A stretch of 64,000 nucleotides of DNA from a virus (IMGVR_UViG_3300020365_000001), one strand, 5' to 3'. Positions 1 through 10,482 are shown, counted from the first letter of the stretch. The notes: generated by a model not told the origin, from the letters alone. Made by a program: numbers and translations.

Positions 1-1
1 C

Positions 2-565
2 GTGGTCCTTGTACAACCTATAGAACATATCACAATCCATGAGCATAGTCAACTCCTCATCAAAGTAGATGCCCAGGTTGTTACGGACGGCAAGGATGGA
101 AGGGGAACTCAGGGTGTTGACACCTTCCAACAATTTGCTGTTCCACACAGGAGTCTTAGGATTGTAATGAGTCTTACCATCATCCAGAGTATGAGCAAAT
201 CCTGTGACTGCCCACTCAACTTTAGGTTCTAGAAAAGCATTGATCAACTCTGCATTGAGATTCCTAGTAAGAATCATATCGTCAGAGAAGATGATCTTTA
301 GAATGCCTCGGTCTGCCAACCGCATAGCAGAGTTGGTATTGGCAGAAATATTTCCTCGGTCATCTTCATTGCGAACGTAATTGATCTCAAAAAGATCATC
401 ATACTCTTCGCATGCCTGCAAGACTTTGTTAGAGGAACCATGATCAGACACCCACACATTGAAATCCATGTCTGTCTGTAGAGACAGGGCATGAAAAATA
501 TCAAACAAATACTGCTGGCACTTTGGATTTTTATCGTGCGTCGGGATGCAATAACTTACAGACAT
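2..565 (-). CDS. Glycosyltransferase family 2-like protein, 3' end outside the window
   Basis: Hand-translated from ATG 565 (TAATG overlap): MSVSYCIPTHDKN...VWVSDHGS...KIIFSDD; GT-A N-terminus with a DD motif. Not in the ORF track. Confidence 0.75.
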   Translation of the reverse strand, partial: MSVSYCIPTHDKNPKCQQYLFDIFHALSLQTDMDFNVWVSDHGSSNKVLQACEEYDDLFEINYVRNEDDRGNISANTNSAMRLADRGILKIIFSDDMILTRNLNAELINAFLEPKVEWAVTGFAHTLDDGKTHYNPKTPVWNSKLLEGVNTLSSPSILAVRNNLGIYFDEELTMLMDCDMFYRLYKDH

Positions 566-1353
566 TAGCGAAGATCGCTCATAATTTTTCTAGTGAGGCG
601 TGGAACCACATCGTTGTCACTATGGAATTGCTTTGCAATCTCATAGTTCTCTTCGATAGCATCCTTTCTCCAATCATACTTGTCTGCATCCAGATGTTTT
701 AGGATCAGTTCAAGTTCTTCCATATCATGGAAGACAATTACTCCGTCCATATTGAACCAGTCTCCTAGGTTAGGACAACCATAGTAGATGGGAACCGTCT
801 TTGATGCAAAGCAATCAATGACCTTCTCAGTAAAGTAGTTTCTCTGTCGAGAGTTCTCTACTGCGATATGGAACTTAGCATTCTCGAAGAAATCATTTCT
901 CCTCTCATGGAAGGGAGGAGATTTATGTGCATAATACTGGAGTCCATTTGAAACGTCAACATTTTTGAGCATTTCAAAAATTTCCAACCGCATACGGTGA
1001 CCCACAGTCTGATTCTTTTCACTGGTCACAAAGGTAACGTTGTTACCCTTGTCAAGAATCAAATCCTTGAAGTCCAACCAACTAGATCCCCACTCAAAGA
1101 GTTCGGCCTGTGGATATTTCTCTAGGATTTTTTCAGTGAACGTGTAGATCTTGTCGAACTGATACGCACTACGGAGTGCACCCTCAGTCACTGTAGGTAA
1201 GATAGAATATGGTTCTGCCAGGAACAGGATTTTATAATCCGCCCGCACATCATAATCTAAGTTATCGATCGAGATGCTTACACTTTTATCACCCAGGTCA
1301 AGATTCTTATCTTGCCATGGGTTCCACCACAGAGGATAATATTTTACTGTCAT
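565..1353 (-). CDS. GT10 (alpha-1,3-fucosyltransferase)-like glycosyltransferase
   Basis: KFHIAVENS...YFTEKVIDCFASKTVPIYYG matches the GT10 donor-binding motif. Confidence 0.75.
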   Translation of the reverse strand: MTVKYYPLWWNPWQDKNLDLGDKSVSISIDNLDYDVRADYKILFLAEPYSILPTVTEGALRSAYQFDKIYTFTEKILEKYPQAELFEWGSSWLDFKDLILDKGNNVTFVTSEKNQTVGHRMRLEIFEMLKNVDVSNGLQYYAHKSPPFHERRNDFFENAKFHIAVENSRQRNYFTEKVIDCFASKTVPIYYGCPNLGDWFNMDGVIVFHDMEELELILKHLDADKYDWRKDAIEENYEIAKQFHSDNDVVPRLTRKIMSDLR

Positions 1354-2021
1354 CGTATGTCTTGGAAATGATAATGAAAACCGAAGGTCTCAATACCTTC
1401 ATGCTCTGGGCACTCTACCTCTTTAGAGAACCTAGCGGCAACTTCCACTGGTGCAAAGACGCATCCTTGCTCCTCAAAAATATGCCGGTTGTGGACACAA
1501 ATGTTGCCGTCCTCATTATATAGTCCGGCATTCATATGCTTATAGAAGTCTCCCTGATTGACTTCCCAGGGTACAGTTACACGCGAGGGGACCTGTAGTA
1601 ACTTTCTGGAACGTAAGGAAAATCCCCCATTCCCAACCCGTTGGTTCTTACCCCAGGGGTCGAGGAAGGCATTTGGATCGTCTCTCCAGGGGGCACCGAT
1701 GTAGTCGTACTGTAACCACGAACTATCCCAAAGCCAAGGTCGAATAACAAAACCGTCAGGATGGATAAGGAGGCAATGCGTGGACTGAATATGATTGATA
1801 AGGTTATATATACAATAAAAATTGAAATCATTGATGCTTTGAATTGGATAGGTTTCCTCATACTGTGCTTGGTCGCAGAGACCTTCTGGTCTCCCCTTGC
1901 TGCCAAGAAATTTGACAGCACCCCATTCAATAGACTCACATGATTTATTTACCGCATAGACAGCTTCAGGAATGTCAACATCTGCTAGCATAAGCAGCGT
2001 GACTTCAGGAATTTTTAGCAC
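1350..2021 (-). CDS. DUF5672-type putative glycosyltransferase
   Basis: YDYIGAPW and VGNGGFSLRS motifs. Confidence 0.75.
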   Translation of the reverse strand: MLKIPEVTLLMLADVDIPEAVYAVNKSCESIEWGAVKFLGSKGRPEGLCDQAQYEETYPIQSINDFNFYCIYNLINHIQSTHCLLIHPDGFVIRPWLWDSSWLQYDYIGAPWRDDPNAFLDPWGKNQRVGNGGFSLRSRKLLQVPSRVTVPWEVNQGDFYKHMNAGLYNEDGNICVHNRHIFEEQGCVFAPVEVAARFSKEVECPEHEGIETFGFHYHFQDIR

Positions 2022-2922
2022 GTTGCACCGCTCGGTTGAATACTGGGTATAAGTCTAGCAGATTTATGTCGATATTTCTAGCCCTGTCATATAAGTCTTC
2101 GGCATCGAACAGCAGGGTCTTATTGATCTTACCAAAGTCATCAACCCATAGGACCGGGTAGTCTTTATATAATTCTTGCAGGTACTCATCCTTCAGCATG
2201 ATAGGAACACGCTTCAGGTACAGCACCTCCCAGTTCCTATGACAGTCCACAGCATTACCCTGCGGACAGATCATGAACTTATGGTCTTGTAGTTCCCTGA
2301 TATACTCTCGGTATCCTTGTCGCTGTCCGACTGTAGCGTACGAGATTCCACTAAACATCTCACGGATGTTGCCACGGACACTGAGGTTAGTGTGCTCTGA
2401 GTGATTGATGTACAGAAGTTTTCTGGGTCTAGGATCTTCTTCCATTGCTTCCAACAGAAGAGTGTGTCTATGATCTTCTTCATGTAGTTTCCTGCCGACA
2501 CCATAAGGAAAAGAATAAAGTTTCTCTTTGAATCCTATTGCGTTTGCTGCAAAGATACCCAGCACATTGTCTGGAATATCTATGTCCTCTTCTACAGGAG
2601 TGTCCTCATTATTGCAAAAAATTATGAACTTCTTGTCAAGGGAAGCACATAATTTTAGCAGGTCATTCTTCTTCAGTAGGTCATCAACCCACTTCTGATC
2701 ATTAGCATTATTGCATACGATCTTTCTATTATATAATCTAATGTTATCAATAAAGAGAGTCATGATCTCCTTATCAGTCTTAGACACAAGGTCAAGAAAC
2801 TCTTTGTTCTTTTTGCTGGCGACTTTCATGAAAGACCCATGCACTTGACCTATGACCCCTGCCTGATCTCCAAACGTATAGTCACAATGGTTTGCTACTC
2901 CAGGTCCGTGGATCAATTTCAT
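2005..2922 (-). CDS. Exostosin/GT47-like glycosyltransferase
   Basis: KFMICPQGNAVDCHRNWEVLYLKRVPI motif. Confidence 0.65.
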   Translation of the reverse strand: MKLIHGPGVANHCDYTFGDQAGVIGQVHGSFMKVASKKNKEFLDLVSKTDKEIMTLFIDNIRLYNRKIVCNNANDQKWVDDLLKKNDLLKLCASLDKKFIIFCNNEDTPVEEDIDIPDNVLGIFAANAIGFKEKLYSFPYGVGRKLHEEDHRHTLLLEAMEEDPRPRKLLYINHSEHTNLSVRGNIREMFSGISYATVGQRQGYREYIRELQDHKFMICPQGNAVDCHRNWEVLYLKRVPIMLKDEYLQELYKDYPVLWVDDFGKINKTLLFDAEDLYDRARNIDINLLDLYPVFNRAVQRAKNS

Positions 2923-3767
2923 AGTGCTTTCACAAACTTCTTCAGTTTACGATTCTTCTGAGACCGGACATACTTAGGGAAGGTCTCATCAATCTCTACA
3001 ACAGTTGGTTGATAGAGATATGTTCTACCATATGGGTCCAGGTTCTGCTCGATCCTATCCTCCATGCTGGAACGGAACTCTTCCAAGTTGTTTTCTTGGT
3101 GCTCATAGGCATCCATCTTCTGACGCACAGTGTCAGCATCACCAAAGAAACTCCAGTGCCATGATGCATTGGCAAGTTTGTATGCATCCTGGTGTGACTG
3201 ACGGAGTTTGTCAACACTCATACTCTTCAGTGTCTTGAAGTCACACACTCGTGTGCCCATCCACTGCTCTTCACACTTCACATTGAGGTAGTAATAGAAC
3301 AGAGGACCTGTCAAGACATAGTGATGGTTAGGATCGAACCACTCATCCATACACTTCAGTGCTTCAGGGTTCGCGATCTCGTCAGCATCACTTGTAAGGA
3401 TGATGTCGTCGTCCTCTGCCTTATCTAACAGACCATAAATTGCACTGTCCTTATGAAAGCATGCCCGCTGGTATGGCAGTGGCAGTTGATAGATGTTCTC
3501 TTCCAACATGCTCCTGTGATAAGGAATGTCAGAATAGTATGCCTCAAAGGTTTTGTTATCGTCGATGGTGACGTGGTGGATAATTTTATCCTCCCACTTC
3601 TTGAACCGCTTACGATTCTCTTGGAAGAAAAGTGGTTTGGGTTTACCAGTAAAGGTAATGTTTGCCTCATTGATAACAAAATAGTCCACCGAATCTCCGA
3701 GGATGTTCATCCTCAGTTCCAGTAGATCTAGTTCATTATAAAAAGTAAATACGTCGAAGATTTTCAT
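2919..3767 (-). CDS. GT17-like beta-1,4-N-acetylglucosaminyltransferase
   Basis: FYNELDLLELR, FTGKPKPL, SDADEI and WHWSF motifs. Confidence 0.8.
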   Translation of the reverse strand: MKIFDVFTFYNELDLLELRMNILGDSVDYFVINEANITFTGKPKPLFFQENRKRFKKWEDKIIHHVTIDDNKTFEAYYSDIPYHRSMLEENIYQLPLPYQRACFHKDSAIYGLLDKAEDDDIILTSDADEIANPEALKCMDEWFDPNHHYVLTGPLFYYYLNVKCEEQWMGTRVCDFKTLKSMSVDKLRQSHQDAYKLANASWHWSFFGDADTVRQKMDAYEHQENNLEEFRSSMEDRIEQNLDPYGRTYLYQPTVVEIDETFPKYVRSQKNRKLKKFVKAL

Positions 3768-4306
3768 GGACGATAATTGATGTTCAAGGTGAATCTAACA
3801 CCAGTAGTTGGAGAAGAACTGGAATGATATTGCTTTCCGTCAAAAGTAACCATCTTACCTCGTTCAGGAGACTCTCTATGAATAACATTTTGATCTCCAT
3901 CAAAGAAGAATGTATCGCCGTCAGCATCATTGGGATAATATAATCCTACAATGTGTGGGCGGTCATCATCTACATGTGAGTTGTGTGGAACACCGAATGC
4001 TTCTGGTCTTGGATATTGTAAGGTCATGTGTGACCTAATCATTGGGTTGTTAGGCATCCCAATCTCTTGACCAATAGAGTTCCAAGGGAACTCGCGAAAA
4101 TATGGTGAGATGTTTCCATCTACACTCAGCAAAGTAGAACTGAAGTATGGATTCATCACCGTCCGTAGAGGATGATCACGGTTTCCATAAGCACAGTCGT
4201 CAAAGTAATAATATGGTAGTTTCTTACACAGGTTTTCAATCTGTGCTACTAACCTATTACTAAGTTTATGCCTTGTAAGAAAAGAGGAGTTCTCTTTGCT
4301 CATCAC
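3764..4306 (-). CDS. 2OG-Fe(II) oxygenase-like protein
   Basis: HVD...LYYPNDADGDT...FDGKQYHSS...R facial-triad pattern; start uncertain. Confidence 0.7.
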   Translation of the reverse strand: MMSKENSSFLTRHKLSNRLVAQIENLCKKLPYYYFDDCAYGNRDHPLRTVMNPYFSSTLLSVDGNISPYFREFPWNSIGQEIGMPNNPMIRSHMTLQYPRPEAFGVPHNSHVDDDRPHIVGLYYPNDADGDTFFFDGDQNVIHRESPERGKMVTFDGKQYHSSSSPTTGVRFTLNINYRP

Positions 4307-5039
4307 TGTTGGTCCATTCTCCAGGTTTGATGTAGTTATCTAACACCATCATGTTGATAGTGATGTCAGTATTATACAGCATCTGATAGTTTAGATGCTC
4401 CATTATATGTAGATTAGTACAGTAGATGTTCTCTACTGTGTTGCTACACAACGCCGCGGCCATTGCAAACGTTCCTACACCAGAAGTCGCAAGATGTTTT
4501 GCATTCAACAGGGTAGCAAAGTCTTCCTCAACAGTCTTAGATTGAACAGTAACCTTTGGGTTCCATGCCAACTCTTTGACAAGAGGATTATGTGTTGTAT
4601 CCTCAGTAACTAAGATACACTTGTCGAATTGTTCCAACAGTGCATCATAAAAACAAAAAGGATTAGGGACATATTGATCAGGATTAGTAACCCTTTGGTC
4701 AAAAACATCTCCACTCCTAAGATGCATAACGAGAGTGTCAGGATCAACATCCACTCTAGGGAGTTGTAGTCTAGGGCGAACATACGTCTTACAGAATGAA
4801 CGCATCTGCGTATAACAAACGCCCTTATCGATCGGGACTTCTTTGTACGGACCATCCCAGTAGAAAAACTTTCCGGAAGCATCGACTACGTTGTCTCCAA
4901 AACTACATGAAAACTTCTGAATAATATCATGCTCAAGGTTGTTCTCAAAACTAGTCTTGTACGCTTGAGCACTCATCAACCCATTAGCAACCTGCTGAAT
5001 GTTGTTGCCTAAACGTCCATACCAATGAGATAGTTTCAT
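4266..5039 (-). CDS. GT11 (alpha-1,2-fucosyltransferase)-like glycosyltransferase
   Basis: GRLGNNIQQ and HLRSGD motifs, C-terminal GTF. Confidence 0.6.
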   Translation of the reverse strand: MKLSHWYGRLGNNIQQVANGLMSAQAYKTSFENNLEHDIIQKFSCSFGDNVVDASGKFFYWDGPYKEVPIDKGVCYTQMRSFCKTYVRPRLQLPRVDVDPDTLVMHLRSGDVFDQRVTNPDQYVPNPFCFYDALLEQFDKCILVTEDTTHNPLVKELAWNPKVTVQSKTVEEDFATLLNAKHLATSGVGTFAMAAALCSNTVENIYCTNLHIMEHLNYQMLYNTDITINMMVLDNYIKPGEWTNSDEQRELLFSYKA

Positions 5040-5692
5040 ACAAAGATGTTACGTGCCTCTTGATCAACACACTCAAAGGGTTTCCATACAGATTCTTTGA
5101 CAACCTTAGGATCTACCCACCAATCTTCATAAGGATTCTCTCCGTTACAGACACTGGCACACACCAGTTGATACCCAAGACCTTCCAGGAACTGACGTGA
5201 GTGGTCACGAATGGTGTCACCATCCTTGTATGAGTCATGCTCAAAGGTGATGACGCTGGCACGATACTTATCGTGGGGGAATGCTTTCAGTGCTTTGAAA
5301 GTAATTTGAGGTGGTTCACAGTCAACGGTAAAGTAATCTACACGTCCCTGCCATTTCTCTTTGGCGATAGCAGCTTCATAGTCGAAGGTGGTAGCGTCCG
5401 CCTCATAACAATGGTTCTGCCTAGACATATCTCCATTGAAAACCTCACACATAGACTTCTCAATCTCTACAGAGAACCCACGCCAAGCAAATGCAGTCTC
5501 TAGAAGAAAAGTATTACTCATATTCTTGGGGTGGTTAGCACCAACCTCAACATACTTTCCTTTAGTCTTTCCTTTCAGCATAGAAAGAACAAAAAGATCT
5601 TGATATGCCTGCGAATAGTTTTGAAAGACTTTACTTTGACCCTTGAAGGGATGCTTCAAGGTATCTTTCTCATAGTTATAGAGTGTGTTCAT
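5036..5692 (-). CDS. FkbM-like SAM-dependent methyltransferase
   Basis: YSQAYQD, YVEVGA, SNTFLLE, DYFTVDCE, ITFEHD, EDWWV. Confidence 0.75.
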   Translation of the reverse strand: MNTLYNYEKDTLKHPFKGQSKVFQNYSQAYQDLFVLSMLKGKTKGKYVEVGANHPKNMSNTFLLETAFAWRGFSVEIEKSMCEVFNGDMSRQNHCYEADATTFDYEAAIAKEKWQGRVDYFTVDCEPPQITFKALKAFPHDKYRASVITFEHDSYKDGDTIRDHSRQFLEGLGYQLVCASVCNGENPYEDWWVDPKVVKESVWKPFECVDQEARNIFV

Positions 5693-6783
5693 TCGTACTC
5701 GCTGGTAAAATCTTTAGCAATTTGAAGCATGATCCAGTTGTAGGTCTTCCTCATACCTTCTTCCAAAGTCTGACTGTAATCCCATCCAAGTTTTTCTCGG
5801 ATGAGATCATTGTTAGAGTTGCGACCACGTACACCAGTGTGAGGAACGTCTACGTGGTTCTTACCAATTTCTTTGTTGGCAACCTTAGCAGCAATCTCTA
5901 CCAGTTGGTTGATGGTTACCATCTCTTCAGAACCAATGTTGACCGGTCCTTCAAAGTCTGATTGCATCAAACGCCAAGTTGCTTCGATGCACTCGTCGAT
6001 GTAGAGGAAGGACCTGGTTTGGCATCCATCCCCCCACACTTCGATTGAGTCCCCTGTGCTGGCGTAGGCGACTTTTCTACAGATGGCAGCGGGTGCCTTC
6101 TCCTTTCCACCGAACCAGGTACCATCGGGACCAAAGATATTGTGATACCTAGCGATACGAACAGGAACATTATAATTCCTCGCGAAAGCCAGATAGATCC
6201 GTTCAGAGAAGAGTTTTTCCCATCCGTATTCGGAGTCTGGTGCTGCGGGGTATGCTGATTCTTCACGGCAATCGGGGTTATCAGGATCGAGCTGGTTATG
6301 CTCGGGGTACATGCAGGCAGAAGAACTATAGAAGATCTTCGTAGGGTTATCTAACTTGGGACGCTTTGCTTCAGTCCACTCTTTATCTACACCATCGAAG
6401 GTGAGGTTGAATGCATGAACTGCACCAAGAAGATTCAGGTTTATACTAGCAGAATTATGCATGATGTCAGCATCATGTTCGCCAGTGAAGATATAACCAG
6501 CACCACCCATGTCAGCAGCGAACTGATAGATCTCGTCGAACGGACGGATGTACTGATAGGGAACGTCATGATAGTAGTTCCCCTGCTCACCTTTGTACTG
6601 AATTACACGTTCTACAAAGTTTTGTTCTCGCAGATCACCTACGATGAACTCATCCGCTGCCGTGTCAGAGAAGTCAGGATGCTTGAGGTCAACGCCACGG
6701 ACCCAATACCCTTCCGCCTTCAGACGTTTGACCATGTGGCTGCCGATAAATCCACCGGCACCTAATACTAGTGCTGTCTTCAT
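5689..6783 (-). CDS. NAD-dependent epimerase, GDP-mannose 3,5-epimerase-like
   Basis: GAGGFIG, AADMGGAG, SSACMYP, YGWEK, EKAPAAICRK, GVRGRNS. Confidence 0.85.
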   Translation of the reverse strand: MKTALVLGAGGFIGSHMVKRLKAEGYWVRGVDLKHPDFSDTAADEFIVGDLREQNFVERVIQYKGEQGNYYHDVPYQYIRPFDEIYQFAADMGGAGYIFTGEHDADIMHNSASINLNLLGAVHAFNLTFDGVDKEWTEAKRPKLDNPTKIFYSSSACMYPEHNQLDPDNPDCREESAYPAAPDSEYGWEKLFSERIYLAFARNYNVPVRIARYHNIFGPDGTWFGGKEKAPAAICRKVAYASTGDSIEVWGDGCQTRSFLYIDECIEATWRLMQSDFEGPVNIGSEEMVTINQLVEIAAKVANKEIGKNHVDVPHTGVRGRNSNNDLIREKLGWDYSQTLEEGMRKTYNWIMLQIAKDFTSEYE

Positions 6784-8084
6784 TGGTAATACTCAGTACA
6801 GTAATTGCAAACAACTTCATCTATGTATTCTAGCATAGGTTCAGTAATAACGGGACTACATCCTACGAAAAATACATTATCCAACACTTTACATGCATTA
6901 GGATAATTAGTTGCAGGTTCAATGTGTCTATATGCAGGGTGCATCAGGATATTACCTGCAAAATAGTTCCTCGTTTGAACCTTATTGTCCTCTAAATATT
7001 TTACAAGTCGGTGTTTGTGTTCTTCACAAACGATGGGGACACCGAACCAACTGGTTTCTGCATGCTCTTTCTCTTCAATAACCCGAGCACCAGGGATCTT
7101 ACAGAAGATCTCATGGAGTCTAGTTTTGTTGCTACGACGGATGCGATGTATCTCGTCCTGCTTAGTCAACTGCACCAACCCAATAGACCCTTGCAGATCG
7201 GCAGGTTTGAGGTTGTATCCTTGAACGCCAAAGACATACTTATGATCGACATCCTGGTCGTACCCTTCCAACCAGCGATCAAACCTGTTTCCACAGACAC
7301 CGTTGGCCAGTTTGTTCTGGGATCCTACACAATAACAACCTCGCCCCCACCAGGCAAAAGACCTGGCAATCTGGACGACCTCTTCAATGTTAGAGGAGAC
7401 CATCCCGCCTTCAATCGTGCTGATATGGTGCGCTGGATAGAAAGAACACGACGCTGCGACGGCATGTTTGGTAAGGAGCTCACCTCGCCACTTGGAACCG
7501 AGCGAATCACAGTTGTCAGCGATATACCTCAGGTTATTCCTATCAACAATGTCGAGGAACTTATCGAAATCATAGGGATTTCCCAGAACAGGAGAAGAAA
7601 AAAGCGCAACAGTTCTAGGACTGATCCGTTGTTCTAACTGTTCCAGATCCCAGTTGAGATCATCGTAGTTGATGTCAACAAAGACTGGTTTGAGTCCGTT
7701 CTGGATGATGGGATTGATAGTGGTGGGGAAACCACAGGTGCAGACGATAATCTCATCTCCATCGTGCCAATCAAAATACTTTTTGAGTGCAGCAATCATC
7801 ACCAGGTTGGCAGATGATCCACTGTTCACCATCACAGAGTGGTCAAACCCAAACTGTTTGGAGAATGCACGTTCAAATTTATTGACTTCCTCTCCAGCAG
7901 GCAACCACTTGCCCTGTAGCATGGTGGTGATGGCAGCAACGGGTTCCTTCTCATCCCAATAGGGACCAGAGTAGTACACATTGTCACCAGGTTCCCACCC
8001 CTTGTTTGCCATGAAGGGGAATAGTTTTTCTCCGTCTGCCTCTAGCGAAGCAACAAAATCCTCAACCTTACTCTTTACAGACAT
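6780..8084 (-). CDS. DegT/DnrJ family, CDP-4-keto-6-deoxyglucose 3-dehydrase (RfbH/DdhC E1)-like
   Basis: VNSGSSANL; SFYPAHHI with His at the usual PLP-Lys position; Cys cluster GCYC...C; DHKYVF. Confidence 0.85.
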   Translation of the reverse strand: MSVKSKVEDFVASLEADGEKLFPFMANKGWEPGDNVYYSGPYWDEKEPVAAITTMLQGKWLPAGEEVNKFERAFSKQFGFDHSVMVNSGSSANLVMIAALKKYFDWHDGDEIIVCTCGFPTTINPIIQNGLKPVFVDINYDDLNWDLEQLEQRISPRTVALFSSPVLGNPYDFDKFLDIVDRNNLRYIADNCDSLGSKWRGELLTKHAVAASCSFYPAHHISTIEGGMVSSNIEEVVQIARSFAWWGRGCYCVGSQNKLANGVCGNRFDRWLEGYDQDVDHKYVFGVQGYNLKPADLQGSIGLVQLTKQDEIHRIRRSNKTRLHEIFCKIPGARVIEEKEHAETSWFGVPIVCEEHKHRLVKYLEDNKVQTRNYFAGNILMHPAYRHIEPATNYPNACKVLDNVFFVGCSPVITEPMLEYIDEVVCNYCTEYYQ

Positions 8085-8929
8085 AACGATTCAACCATCT
8101 CACGGGTGTCCATACTAGGTTTGAAACCTAACGATTGTAGTTTACTGGTGTCCAGGTAAAAGTCCTGAGTCTGGACATCCTTATGAAACTTTGGTGGTTC
8201 GATACTATCTATATGGGATCTAGTACCAGTACAACCAGCAGCAATCTCAACGATCTCACCGATTGTTGTGGGTCTACCTGACCCGATATTATATGTGGTG
8301 TTCAGGTCACCATCATCAATCACCGTCTTGATGGCACGACAGACATCATCAACATGCATAACATCACGACGATGACTACCACCATCATAGAGGTTGATTG
8401 GTTTATGCTCTTTGAGTTGATTGATCATCCACATGATTGCATTCTTCTGCTTCGATGCTTTAGGATCATCACCCAAAACATTACACAAGCGAAGGATACG
8501 ATACTTCATCTTGTACACATCACAGAAAGACTTGATCAAGTCTTCTGCACACCTCTTGGTGATACTATAGAACCCAGTAGGATTGCATAGAGAATCCTCA
8601 AAGGCAGGGATAGGTCCACCTTTACCATACACAAACCAGGAAGAGATGAAGTTGAACTCAATGTCTTCTTTGCGACAATGCTCTAAGACATCACACAGGA
8701 CACGAAGGTTGGTGTCAACATCTAAACCAAGATTTTTGTGGACGTTATAGTTGTCCACTGTAGAGATCATGTAAAGGATCTTCTTAGATTGAGGTTTGTA
8801 TTCATCACGTTCCTGCACCAGCGTATCAGGATACATCTCAGCATACCTACCACCAACAAATCCAGGACCATAGAGTGTGACTGGACTATTGAATGACTTT
8901 ACACCATTCCCCATTTTTCTAAGTACCAT
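8075..8929 (-). CDS. NAD-dependent epimerase/dehydratase
   Basis: GPGFVG, SSWFVYG, YSITK (YxxxK), RDVMHVDDV. Confidence 0.8.
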   Translation of the reverse strand: MVLRKMGNGVKSFNSPVTLYGPGFVGGRYAEMYPDTLVQERDEYKPQSKKILYMISTVDNYNVHKNLGLDVDTNLRVLCDVLEHCRKEDIEFNFISSWFVYGKGGPIPAFEDSLCNPTGFYSITKRCAEDLIKSFCDVYKMKYRILRLCNVLGDDPKASKQKNAIMWMINQLKEHKPINLYDGGSHRRDVMHVDDVCRAIKTVIDDGDLNTTYNIGSGRPTTIGEIVEIAAGCTGTRSHIDSIEPPKFHKDVQTQDFYLDTSKLQSLGFKPSMDTREMVESLCL

Positions 8930-9846
8930 GATACAGTTTCGCGTAGTCCGTAATCAAAATCAGTAGTTGGTTTCCACCCAGTAGTTGCAGTTATTTTAGC
9001 ATGATCCATACCATACCGCTTGTCCTGCCCTGGTCTTTGGTCAGAAATACCAATGAGACCATAAGGTTTTTTCAAGAGGTCTAGAACTTTTTTAGAGACA
9101 TCAATATTTCTCATCTCACATGACCCACCAATGTTGAACTGATCATTGATGATGTTATTCTTTTCCAGAGACCAGATTGCTTCGCAATGATCTCTAACAT
9201 GCAACCAGTCACGAATCTGTTGACCACCACCATACATGAAGGTAGTGGTATCATTCATGGCACGGTGCACAAGTTTAGGTATTAGTTTCTCCTCGTGCTG
9301 ATGCCTACCATAGTTGTTACTACAGTTGGTAATCAGATACGGTAGATCATATGTGTTGTGCCAGGTCTTGACATAATGATCTGACGCTGCCTTGCTGGCA
9401 GAATATGGATTGCGTGGATCGTATGGTGTCTCTTCTGTAAACAGTTCTGTGTCATCATACTCCAAAGATCCATACACCTCATCAGTAGAGATGTGATGAA
9501 ACTTCTCAATGCCAATGTTCAACGAAGCATTGAGTAGATTGATAGTACCAATGACATTCGCCTCTAGGAATGGGCGATAGTTTGCAATACTATTGTCTAC
9601 GTGACTCTCTGCTGCAAAGTGCCAGATCTTTTTAGGTTTATACTTCTCAAACAGAAACAAGACGTGATCCTCATTAGAGATATCACACCACTCAAAAGCA
9701 AACTGCCTGCTCTTAGGTACGTACCCAAGATCACCAGCGTATGTCAGATTGTCTAGGACAACAATCGGTTCAGAAGTCTTCTTAGATAAGAAATGTAAGA
9801 AGTTACTGCCGATGAACCCGGCACCGCCGGTCACCATGTATGTCAT
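8899..9846 (-). CDS. rfbB: dTDP-glucose 4,6-dehydratase
   Basis: TGGAGFIGSN, AAESHVDNSI, STDEVYG, YSASKA, NCSNNYG. Confidence 0.9.
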   Translation of the reverse strand: MTYMVTGGAGFIGSNFLHFLSKKTSEPIVVLDNLTYAGDLGYVPKSRQFAFEWCDISNEDHVLFLFEKYKPKKIWHFAAESHVDNSIANYRPFLEANVIGTINLLNASLNIGIEKFHHISTDEVYGSLEYDDTELFTEETPYDPRNPYSASKAASDHYVKTWHNTYDLPYLITNCSNNYGRHQHEEKLIPKLVHRAMNDTTTFMYGGGQQIRDWLHVRDHCEAIWSLEKNNIINDQFNIGGSCEMRNIDVSKKVLDLLKKPYGLIGISDQRPGQDKRYGMDHAKITATTGWKPTTDFDYGLRETVSWYLEKWGMV

Positions 9847-10205
9847 ATTAGCATGTCTAGTAGGGGCATTTTTTGTGTACGACCATAATCATCTTCTAGT
9901 CGTACGATGTCACGTTCTTTACAGGTACCACGTTGAACCTCAAAGAACGTTAGTCCTTGATCATGTGCCTTTGCACGATGCCGCTGTTCAATGCCAATGG
10001 TAAAGGTAGAACCAGGATGGCATTCTACCTCACAGTTGCCCTGTGTAATGAGACCAGAACCTTCTATGACAATCCAGTGCTCTGTTCTATGTCTATGGAA
10101 TTGGAGAGAAAATCTTTGCCCTGGTTCGAGATGAATTTTCTTCACTAAGAAATCATCACCTCTTTCAAGTAATTCAAACCAACCCCAGGGTCGGTATTCT
10201 CTCAC
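9843..10205 (-). CDS. Mannose-6-phosphate isomerase type II cupin domain
   Basis: RPWG, SLQFHRHRTEHW, EVQRG, DIVRLEDDYGR. Confidence 0.9.
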   Translation of the reverse strand: MREYRPWGWFELLERGDDFLVKKIHLEPGQRFSLQFHRHRTEHWIVIEGSGLITQGNCEVECHPGSTFTIGIEQRHRAKAHDQGLTFFEVQRGTCKERDIVRLEDDYGRTQKMPLLDMLI

Positions 10206-10432
10206 TGCATAACCCCCGTATTCATCAGGTCATACTCAAGCTTGTCTAGAACCACGTTGTAATCTTTGTCCTTGTCTCCGTAGAAGTCAAACTCTGCTTC
10301 TTGTTTGTAATGACTGATGAGTTCATCGTAAAGGGAAGGGTGGTCGTACTCTAGATCTACCTTGTCCTCAACTGCATCCACCAGGTGGTGGGTAACATTC
10401 TTGAACTTGGCGAGAAACTGTCCTCTAGACAT
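10202..10432 (-). CDS. Conserved cyanophage hypothetical protein
   Basis: Start moved to MSRGQF because a consensus promoter covers the longer ORF start. Confidence 0.65.
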   Translation of the reverse strand: MSRGQFLAKFKNVTHHLVDAVEDKVDLEYDHPSLYDELISHYKQEAEFDFYGDKDKDYNVVLDKLEYDLMNTGVMQ

Positions 10433-10453
10433 TGCTGGTATGGTAACGAGATT

Positions 10454-10482
10454 ATTATATGCGATCACACACCTCTTGTCAA
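10454..10482 (-). promoter_or_regulatory. Sigma70-type promoter for the glycan island
   Basis: TTGACA-17 nt-TATAAT perfect consensus on the minus strand. Confidence 0.85.
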
